Shown: piece after piece, positions 11,022-17,714 of the stretch
Numbering within the stretch: the first letter of the stretch is position 1
How the letters are laid out: each line of letters starts with the position of its first letter
Assembly: GCA_050251555.1 (NCBI GenBank)
Contig: JBFWMN010000001.1
Span: 26,806-90,805, forward strand
From: Pseudobdellovibrionaceae bacterium
GTDB lineage: Bacteria; Pseudomonadota; Alphaproteobacteria; Micavibrionales; Micavibrionaceae
Direction: 5' to 3'
DNA length: 64,000 bases
Position numbers and translations under genes: made by a program
Notes under the pieces: generated by a model
Databases searched by the model: none
Told to the model about the DNA's origin: nothing
The model's input: only the letters and a program-made list of their open reading frames with translations

Positions 11022-11875
11022 GATTTAATCTCGGCAATAACCTCACCCGTTAAATCCTGTAAATCCTGCCGCAATTTTTCGAATGCGGCGGGCTTTTTCA
11101 CGAGTTTCTTTTCGTCCATATAAAGAGCGCGGTTGATCTCAAGCTGGAGTGAGTGAAAACCCACTTGCGGGCGACCATATTTTTTAAGGATTTCAGCGCC
11201 CTTGTAAGGATTGTTGATACCGACCCTATAGCCGCGTTTCATCAGAAAATGGGTGATGAAGTGGGTAAAACCTTGTTCGCAACTTGTGCCGTTCCGATCG
11301 CCAATGACGAAATCAGGCAGGTTTTGAAAGCTTTGTTTGGAGGGCATGGAGTGACAATTGATATGCCAAACCTGCCCGAAGCGCGTCACAAGTTCCTCAA
11401 GGCGCGTATTGAGTGCGCCGTGATACGGGTCGTAATAGTCTTCCAGTCGCTGCTTGATGGTCGCAGGCGGCAGGCGCATCCCGTATATATCCGACCCGTC
11501 ATGACCACGGCGATAAATGACGCCATGTCCGACATCGGCGCGGCCTTTTTTATCAATCGGGCCTTCCCAGATTCCGTCCAGCAGCTTTAGATCAATGTCA
11601 TCGCGTGAGCGGTTCACATCAATGAATGTGCGTGGGAAGAGGGCGGACAGAAGTGTGCCGCCTTGTGAGGGAACATGGGCGTAGAGTTCGTCGACAAACA
11701 GATCGGCATAACGCATCAAATCGTCTTTGTCGCAACGATAATCGAAGCTTTCAGGGAAATCCGTTCCCGAATGGGGAGAGTCGCACACAAAAGGGACGGA
11801 AAAATCATCTTCCGGCTTGTCAAGGCTATAAACCCGCTTTACGGATGGGGTCACTCTCATTACCATCCTTTCCAT
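10994..11875 (-). CDS. N-formylglutamate amidohydrolase family protein
   Basis: 293 aa. Motifs SPHSGTDFP and [10 protein letters not shown] are typical of the FGase family (PF05013-like, by recognition). It overlaps the lipB 3' end by 28 nt in convergent orientation. Confidence 0.65.
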   Translation of the reverse strand: MERMVMRVTPSVKRVYSLDKPEDDFSVPFVCDSPHSGTDFPESFDYRCDKDDLMRYADLFVDELYAHVPSQGGTLLSALFPRTFIDVNRSRDDIDLKLLDGIWEGPIDKKGRADVGHGVIYRRGHDGSDIYGMRLPPATIKQRLEDYYDPYHGALNTRLEELVTRFGQVWHINCHSMPSKQSFQNLPDFVIGDRNGTSCEQGFTHFITHFLMKRGYRVGINNPYKGAEILKKYGRPQVGFHSLQLEINRALYMDEKKLVKKPAAFEKLRQDLQDLTGEVIAEIKSYDLAQAAD

Positions 11876-11928
11876 TAGGCCCGTTTTTTGAACGCAATCA
11901 CAAGAGTTTTTTGAAATTAAAGAGACCC

Positions 11929-13206
11929 ATGCACGATATTAAAGCCCTCCGCGAGACTCCTGAAAAATATGATGCCAACTGGGCGCGCCGCGGTTTGTCT
12001 CCGCAAACGCCCGAGCTTCTGGCTTTGGATAAAGAGCGCCGTGCGGCGCAAACCGAGTTGCAAGCCATGCAGCAGGCGCGCGGTGAAAAATCCAAAGAGA
12101 TCGGCATGATCAAAAGTAAGGGCGGCAATGCTGACGCGCTGATGGCGGAAGTGGCAGCGCTGAAAGAGCAGATGAGCGCTTTGGAAGAAAAAGAGCGCGA
12201 ACTCGGCGAAGCCTTGGATATGAAGCTGGCCTCCATTCCCAATTTGCTGGCTGACGATACGCCCGACGGAAAATCGGAAAGCGATAATGTCGAAGTCGGC
12301 TCATATGGCACGCCGAAAAACCCGAATGCGGATGTGCCTGACCACCAGACAATCGGTGAAGCTCTGGGGCTGATGGATTTTGAAGCGGCAGCAAAAATAT
12401 CGGGCGCACGCTTTGTGTTCCTCAAAGGCGCATTGGCCCGTATGGAGCGTGCCTTGGCGCAATTCATGCTGGATACGCAAACAGGTGAAAACGGTTACAC
12501 GGAGGTGTCGCCGCCGCTTTTGGTGCGCGACAATGCGCTTTACGGGACAGGGCAGCTTCCCAAATTTGCCGAAGATCTGTTTAAGACCACCACAGACCAT
12601 TGGCTCATCCCCACTGCCGAAGTGTCGCTGACCAATATGGTCTATGACGAAATTCTGGATGTTGCCAGTCTGCCGCGCCGTTATACGGCTTTTACCCCGT
12701 GTTTCCGTTCTGAGGCGGGGTCAGCAGGGCGCGACACCAGAGGCATGATCCGCCAACATCAATTTTATAAGGTTGAACTCGTCTCTATCACATTGCCTGA
12801 CCAATCCGAGGCCGAGCATGAGCGCATGACAAAATCCGCCGAAAGCATCCTTGAAAAACTCGAGCTGCCTTACCGCCGCATGGCTTTGTGCGCAGGCGAT
12901 ATCGGCTTTGGTGCGATGAAAACCTATGATCTGGAAGTCTGGGTCCCGTCGCAAAAGACCTACCGCGAAATCTCATCTTGTTCCAATTGCGGAGATTTTC
13001 AGGCGCGCCGTATGAATGCGCGTACCAAAATTGATGGTGAGAAGGGCACAAGCTTCGTTCACACGTTGAATGGTTCGGGACTGGCTGTCGGACGTACGCT
13101 TGTCGCCGTCATTGAAAATTACTACGACCCTGCCGATGGCAGCATTTTCGTGCCCAAAGCCCTGCAACCTTATATGGGCGGCCTGACCAAGATTACAAAA
13201 GTTTAA
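11929..13206 (+). CDS. serS: Seryl-tRNA synthetase
   Basis: Track ORF 11626..13206, with the start moved to MHDIKALRE (ATG 11929). It has an N-terminal coiled coil, class II motif 2 ([21 protein letters not shown]) and motif 3 ([17 protein letters not shown]). Confidence 0.93.
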   Translation: MHDIKALRETPEKYDANWARRGLSPQTPELLALDKERRAAQTELQAMQQARGEKSKEIGMIKSKGGNADALMAEVAALKEQMSALEEKERELGEALDMKLASIPNLLADDTPDGKSESDNVEVGSYGTPKNPNADVPDHQTIGEALGLMDFEAAAKISGARFVFLKGALARMERALAQFMLDTQTGENGYTEVSPPLLVRDNALYGTGQLPKFAEDLFKTTTDHWLIPTAEVSLTNMVYDEILDVASLPRRYTAFTPCFRSEAGSAGRDTRGMIRQHQFYKVELVSITLPDQSEAEHERMTKSAESILEKLELPYRRMALCAGDIGFGAMKTYDLEVWVPSQKTYREISSCSNCGDFQARRMNARTKIDGEKGTSFVHTLNGSGLAVGRTLVAVIENYYDPADGSIFVPKALQPYMGGLTKITKV

Positions 13207-13214
13207 ACGCCAAC

Positions 13215-13901
13215 ATGAACGAACTCGACACACGTAAAATTCGCCTGATTATGCAGCTCCGAAGCCTCGGCATTCAGGATACTGCCGTGCTGTCGGCAAT
13301 CGAGACGACGCCGCGTGAATTGTTCGTGCCGCAAGCCATTCGCCATCAGGCTTATGAAGATAAAGCTCTGCCGATCGGTCTGGAACAAACCATCTCCCAG
13401 CCCTATATCGTGGCATTGATGACGCAAGCTTTGGAGCTCAATGATCGCCATAAAGTCCTCGAAGTTGGAACGGGGTCCGGCTATCAGGCGGCAATTTTGG
13501 CCAAGCTCTGCCGTCGTGTCTATACGGTGGAGCGTCACCGCCCGCTCTTGGAAGTGGCTGAGCAGCGCTTTGATCAATTGAAACTGAGAAACATTACGGC
13601 ACTGGCTGCTGACGGGATGAAAGGCTGGCCCGAGCAAGCCCCCTTTGACCGTATGATTTTGACCGCTGCAGCCTTTAACGAGCCACCCCAAGCTCTTCTG
13701 GACCAGATGGCGGACGGCGGCATTATGGTTGCACCCGTGACCCGCGCCGATAAAGTCCAGATGCTGCGCCGTTACCGTAAGGAAAGCGCCGATACGTTCG
13801 CCATCAAGGATTTGTGCGAGGTGCGTTTCGTGCCGCTATTGCCCGATGTTGTGGCGCGTACCGTCTATACGGACGGAGATTTGCGCGAGGTGAAGGCATG
13901 A
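13215..13901 (+). CDS. pcm: Protein-L-isoaspartate O-methyltransferase
   Basis: 228 aa. Motifs ISQPYIVALM and the SAM motif VLEVGTGSGYQAAILA. Confidence 0.9.
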   Translation: MNELDTRKIRLIMQLRSLGIQDTAVLSAIETTPRELFVPQAIRHQAYEDKALPIGLEQTISQPYIVALMTQALELNDRHKVLEVGTGSGYQAAILAKLCRRVYTVERHRPLLEVAEQRFDQLKLRNITALAADGMKGWPEQAPFDRMILTAAAFNEPPQALLDQMADGGIMVAPVTRADKVQMLRRYRKESADTFAIKDLCEVRFVPLLPDVVARTVYTDGDLREVKA

Positions 13902-14962
13902 GAGGTTTGAAAACGCTTCTGGTACTGTCACTGGCTGTTTTGCCGACAGCGTGTGCGAGTGAGAACAACGCCAATGTCCCTGTCTATTATTACGGGCAAG
14001 GGAAGGGGGCAGGCTCTACCGGTGCGCATGTCGCGATGATGGGCGATACGGTGGACACCATTGCGGCGCGCTATAATGTACCGCGCCTTGATTTGATCGA
14101 GCTCAATCATTTGGAACAGCCCTATACGCTGTTTGTCGGGCAGCGTTTACTGTTGCCCGCGCCGCGTACCTATACGGTCGGGCAGGATGACTCGGTGGCC
14201 TCCATCGCCAAAACATTCGGGACAAGCCCCGAAGAGTTGGCGCGTTTGAATAATCTGCAAGCGCCGTTTCGCCTGACATTGGGGCAAAAACTGGAAATTC
14301 CGGCACTTTCGGGCGCGGCAAACGATTCCGCCTCCATGGCTTATCTGACCCTTGAGCCACCCGTTCCCAAAGTTGAAGGTGCGGCGCTTGAGCCTTTGAA
14401 TACCTTCCCGCCAGCGATGGACACGCCGCCGCAAGGGCAACCCCTTCCTGCCGAGACACCGCCACCAACGCAGACAGCGTCCTTGCCGCAACCTGCCGTG
14501 CCTCAAGCCGTACCACCACCCCAAGCGCCACCCAAACCTGCGGGGCAGGCGATTGATGTCTCCAAAATTAAAGTCCCTGCAAGAGGGGGTGCCAAAATGG
14601 TGCGGCCCGTACAGGGGAATATTGCCTCCAGCTTCGGCCCGAAAGCCGATACGTTACAAAATGACGGCATCAATATTGTCGCGGTACGCGGGGCACCTGT
14701 CCGCGCTGCCGAAAACGGTGTTGTCATCTATGCGGGTGAGGATCTCGCCAGCTATGGCAAGCTGACCCTCGTGAAACATGAGGGCGGTCTGGTGACAGCC
14801 TATGCGCATCAGGACAAGTTTCTGGTGACAAAGGGCCAAGTGGTCAATCGCGGGCAGACCATCGGTACGGTGGGCTCAAGCGGGAATGTCCAGACCCCGC
14901 AACTTCATTTTGAAGTCCGTAAAGGCTCCAAGCCCGTTAATCCGACCGCTTATCTTGAGTAA
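13898..14962 (+). CDS. nlpD: LysM-LysM-dLytM (degenerate M23) lipoprotein, NlpD type
   Basis: Track ORF 13814..14962, with the start moved to ATG 13898, which overlaps the pcm stop (ATGA). It has a lipoprotein-like signal (...LAVLPTAC), two LysM repeats, a Pro-rich linker and a C-terminal M23 domain. In that domain HxxxD reads NDGIN and HxH reads QLH. This is the non-catalytic NlpD/EnvC-type pattern (E. coli NlpD, as I recall it: NKGID / RLH). Confidence 0.88.
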   Translation: MRGLKTLLVLSLAVLPTACASENNANVPVYYYGQGKGAGSTGAHVAMMGDTVDTIAARYNVPRLDLIELNHLEQPYTLFVGQRLLLPAPRTYTVGQDDSVASIAKTFGTSPEELARLNNLQAPFRLTLGQKLEIPALSGAANDSASMAYLTLEPPVPKVEGAALEPLNTFPPAMDTPPQGQPLPAETPPPTQTASLPQPAVPQAVPPPQAPPKPAGQAIDVSKIKVPARGGAKMVRPVQGNIASSFGPKADTLQNDGINIVAVRGAPVRAAENGVVIYAGEDLASYGKLTLVKHEGGLVTAYAHQDKFLVTKGQVVNRGQTIGTVGSSGNVQTPQLHFEVRKGSKPVNPTAYLE

Positions 14963-15090
14963 AACGAAGCCCTATACGTTGCCTTTTTCATGCAATGGCA
15001 TGATAAAGGTTTTTATAGGCACACGTGTTTCTGGCTCTTTCGCATAACTTTAGAAAATGTGACTTTGCAATAATTGACTCTTCAGAATTT
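14553..15090. repeat. Direct repeat copy 1: nlpD 3' end, terminator and downstream promoter region
   Basis: Hand alignment to 16266..16797. About 94 percent identical in the coding part, and 54/56 identical over the last 56 nt. Confidence 0.9.
14982..15014 (+). terminator. Rho-independent terminator of nlpD
   Basis: CCTTTTTCATGC-AATG-GCATGATAAAGG (12-bp stem, one mismatch) followed by TTTTTA, 20 nt after the nlpD stop. Confidence 0.6.
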
Positions 15091-15100
15091 GCGCTATAAG
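15074..15100 (+). promoter_or_regulatory. Candidate sigma70-type promoter for the 15138 gene
   Basis: TTGACT (15074-15079) and TATAAG (15095-15100), with a 15-16 nt spacer that is suboptimal. The -35 part lies inside a block conserved between both repeat copies. Confidence 0.25.
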
Positions 15101-15137
15101 TGTAAAGAAATCTTATACGCGCAGGGAAAAAATAAAA

Positions 15138-15905
15138 ATGCTTAACAGAGGCAATCGGTTAGCAAAGGCTTGGGGGTTTTTCAGGCTTTTTTTATTGTGT
15201 GTCTTGGCAGTATGTATCTTACCAACGCCGTCCAGTGCGATGGAATGTCTCCGCCGCCCCCCTTTAAGTGAGGCAATCAAAAACTCAGATGTCATCGTTA
15301 AAGTATTTGTAGATCATCAAAAATCCAAATCTCCTCTCGTTGTAGAACGTATCTACAAAGATAATTCAAAAAGTTTGAAAGAAGGCCAGAGAGTTTCTGC
15401 ATCAGAAGCCGGCGCACTTTTTTCAGGTTTTAACTATGAAGATGGAGAAGAATGGTTCATCTATGGGAACAAAACTGAGCGCGCATTTATCAAAAACGCC
15501 TGTGGACCAAGCTTTCTCACACCTGATTATTTGATCCATCATTTTGGGGAAACGTCTAAAACAGAATATTACCTCAAAAATGGCTATCTTGTTTTTACTG
15601 GAAAACTTTTAGATACAAGTGACGATCAGTTCCAGTTCCGAATAGAGAAGCTTCTTGGCGGTGGATACGAAAAAGCTGAAATTTCAATAATATTTAAAGA
15701 CCCAAAATGTTCTAAAAACTTTGAAAAAGACAAAGAATACTTTGTTATAGCCGGATCAAATAATATACCTACAGCTCCAAAATTTCTGGGTCAATGTACC
15801 AATTATTCACCTTATCCAACTGATTTAGAAAAAACTTTAAATGGCTTAAACCCTAGGAGTTCATTATGGCATTCACTGTCCCAACAAATTATGAAGTTCT
15901 TTTAA
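15138..15905 (+). CDS. Secreted hypothetical protein with two tandem TIMP/NTR-like modules (putative metalloprotease inhibitor; function is inferred)
   Basis: 255 aa with a signal-peptide-like N-terminus (...CILPTPSSA/MEC). It is a paralog of 16844..17680. C-LRRPPLSEAIKNSDVIVKV and KCSKNFEKDKEYFVIAG resemble the TIMP N-domain. It lies directly 5' of a serralysin-like ORF. Confidence 0.7.
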   Translation: MLNRGNRLAKAWGFFRLFLLCVLAVCILPTPSSAMECLRRPPLSEAIKNSDVIVKVFVDHQKSKSPLVVERIYKDNSKSLKEGQRVSASEAGALFSGFNYEDGEEWFIYGNKTERAFIKNACGPSFLTPDYLIHHFGETSKTEYYLKNGYLVFTGKLLDTSDDQFQFRIEKLLGGGYEKAEISIIFKDPKCSKNFEKDKEYFVIAGSNNIPTAPKFLGQCTNYSPYPTDLEKTLNGLNPRSSLWHSLSQQIMKFF

Positions 15906-16676
15906 CGTGGAACACGCCTGTAGACAATCCCAACTCTCTAGAAGATGAGTTTTTCAATTCCATTGGTGCCGTAGAGCCTTGGTCATGGACAGGATATTCC
16001 GGTACTAGTGCCACCATCAATTATAGCCTGCTAGCGGCAAACTCTTTTTTTGCAGGATCATCAATCCCATTTACCCCTACTTCCTCTACAGACTTACCTG
16101 CAACTGTGATTGCAATTCAACCTATCTTAAATTTGATAAAGAATGTCGCAAATGTAAGTTTTATAAATGATGATACAAATCCTGATTTTGTCATATCTAC
16201 TGTAAATACAACTTCCTACGCCGGTTTAGCAGTACCCTCAATAACAAACCAAGATGTATCTGTAGTTGATGTTTCCAAAATTAAAGTCCCTGCAAGGGGG
16301 GGGCGCAAAAATGGTGCGCCCCGTTCAGGGCAATATTGCCTCCGGCTTCGGGCCGAAAGCCGATACGTTACAAAATGACGGCATCAATATTGTCGCCGTG
16401 CGCGGGGCACCTGTCCGTGCTGCCGAAAACGGTGTTGTCATCTATGCGGGTGAGGATCTCGCCAGCTATGGCAAGTTGATCCTCGTGAAACATGAAGGCG
16501 GGCTGGTGACAGCCTACGCGCATCAGGATAAGTTTCTGGTGACAAAGGGTCAAGTGGTCAATCGCGGGCAGACCATCGGTACGGTGGGTTCAAGCGGGAA
16601 TGTCCAGACCCCGCAACTCCATTTTGAAGTCCGCAAAGGCTCCAAACCCGTTAATCCGACGACCTATCTTGAGTAA
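15866..16676 (+). pseudogene. Chimeric ORF: serralysin-like N-terminal fragment (about 133 codons) joined to a second copy of the nlpD dLytM domain, interrupted by a net +1 frameshift
   Basis: ORF 15866..16378 has AGGAG 6 nt upstream of its ATG. Its first 133 aa parallel the N-terminus of the 17715 protein (W-WTG, ILNLIKNVANVSF versus VLKLISNVANINF) but end before any HEXXH. From 16266 it enters the nlpD copy in frame (VDVSKIKVPARGG), then loses the frame at 16296-16311. The dLytM reading frame continues as track ORF 16266..16676. Confidence 0.75.
16296..16311 (+). other. G8 and A5 homopolymer tracts containing the net +1 nt relative to nlpD
   Basis: nlpD has GCAAGAGGGGGTGCCAAAATGG (24 nt through ATGGTG). 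The copy has GCAAGGGGGGGGCGCAAAAATGG (25 nt). Confidence 0.85.
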
Positions 16677-16688
16677 GAAGTGGCGTTG

Positions 16689-16724
16689 CCCTTTTCATGC
16701 AATGGCATGATAAAGTTTTATTTA
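16689..16724 (+). terminator. Copy of the nlpD terminator hairpin
   Basis: CTTTTCATGC-AATG-GCATGATAAAG followed by TTTTATTT. It is the same palindrome TCATGCAATGGCATGA seen in copy 1. Confidence 0.5.
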
Positions 16725-16843
16725 GTCACGCGTATTTCTGCCTCTTTCGCATAACTTTAGAAAATGTGACTTTGCAGTCATTGACTCTTCAGAATTTCAC
16801 CTTTAAGGCTAGAAATCCATACATACACGGGGGAACATTTCTT

Positions 16844-17680
16844 ATGCTCAAAAGAGCCAAAAGCATCTTCAAAAAATCGTCTCGCAAATCTTATGTATTG
16901 GCCTTGTTTATCGCGGTGCTATTAGTGGTGCTGTATAGCGGAATAAATATGTCTTCTGCTGACCGAGATCCGGATGCGCCGGGGTTTGACGGTCGCACTT
17001 CATTAGAATGGGCTCATGAACATTCAAGCTTAATCTTTTTAGGACGAATTCTGAGCGAGAAGCATCCATACGATGTTGAGGTTCTTGAAGTATTCAAGGA
17101 CTCAAAGAACAGGCTAGAAGGCAAGAAACATGTTCTGATTGAGCATGTTCTGTCGATGGGCGAATACTACCTTGGCGCACATAAAGATGAAGTACTCATC
17201 ATTTTTGCCGGATACGATGAAAAGAACAAAGCCATACGCGTTTCGGAGAGATCGCGCACGCAATATCCACCCCAATATTTTGTTAAACATATCCAAAATG
17301 CCAAGGGGCGTTGGGAAGGATGGAGCGACACTGAAAAATATACAGTCTTTGTCGGTACGGTCGATAAGATCATAAAATCCGAGGACAGGAAAGATACAGC
17401 AATCCTCTTCAAAGATGTTTCTCTTGTTTCAGGCTCGCTTGAAGGAGAGTCAACGGATCACTTGAACGTAAGCTTTCAATACGACGCGCGCTGTGCAGAT
17501 TTATACAAGGAAAAAAATCGATATGTTGTCTTTGTAAAGAAACAATACAAAACACTAGATACACGGGAAAACGGGAAGGAAAAACGCGTATTTCAAAAAT
17601 TCAACAGTACTTATTGCGCTTTATATCAACCATATGACTTTGACATCTTAGAAAAACTGCGTAATTGGAAAGTTAAATAA
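16844..17680 (+). CDS. Membrane-anchored or exported hypothetical protein, paralog of 15138..15905 (tandem TIMP/NTR-like pattern; putative metalloprotease inhibitor)
   Basis: Track ORF 16697..17680. The upstream 49 codons are the repeat/promoter region, so I start at ATG 16844 (MLKRAKSIFKK..., GGGGGA 9 nt upstream). It has an N-terminal hydrophobic anchor, YVLALFIAVLLVVLY. It lies 34 nt upstream of the RTX protease gene. Confidence 0.7.
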   Translation: MLKRAKSIFKKSSRKSYVLALFIAVLLVVLYSGINMSSADRDPDAPGFDGRTSLEWAHEHSSLIFLGRILSEKHPYDVEVLEVFKDSKNRLEGKKHVLIEHVLSMGEYYLGAHKDEVLIIFAGYDEKNKAIRVSERSRTQYPPQYFVKHIQNAKGRWEGWSDTEKYTVFVGTVDKIIKSEDRKDTAILFKDVSLVSGSLEGESTDHLNVSFQYDARCADLYKEKNRYVVFVKKQYKTLDTRENGKEKRVFQKFNSTYCALYQPYDFDILEKLRNWKVK

Positions 17681-17714
17681 AAAAATATCAAATTTTGCAC
17701 GTGGGGTAGCAGAT

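Larger units (their letters stand above)
16266..16797. repeat. Direct repeat copy 2
   Basis: See copy 1 at 14553..15090. Confidence 0.9.

Noticed and set aside
11626-11928. N-terminal extensions suggested by the longest-ORF track. Examples are serS from 11626, nlpD from 13814, lipB from 10308, secF from 24646, the Mth938 gene from 25607 and the inhibitor-like gene from 16697.
   Set aside because: The extensions overlap upstream genes or promoter/repeat DNA and translate to non-protein-like sequence. Internal ATGs give canonical N-termini, often with an SD or start/stop coupling.
13203-13691. 162-aa minus-strand ORF opposite pcm. Similar long shadow ORFs occur at 11153..11590 (opposite the FGase gene), 35693..36250 (opposite clpX), 40368..40889 (opposite cobT), 41681..42112 (opposite cobS), 42657..43124 (opposite the J-protein gene) and 61026..61469 (opposite the DUF4175-like gene).
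   Set aside because: All lie fully within and opposite to genes that have unambiguous family motifs.
16311-16676. A stand-alone dLytM protein initiated at ATG 16311 or 16269, treated as a separate functional gene.
   Set aside because: It would lack any signal peptide or lipobox, although NlpD-type domains act in the periplasm. I kept it as part of the chimeric pseudogene. The synonymous-biased divergence is reported as a finding instead.
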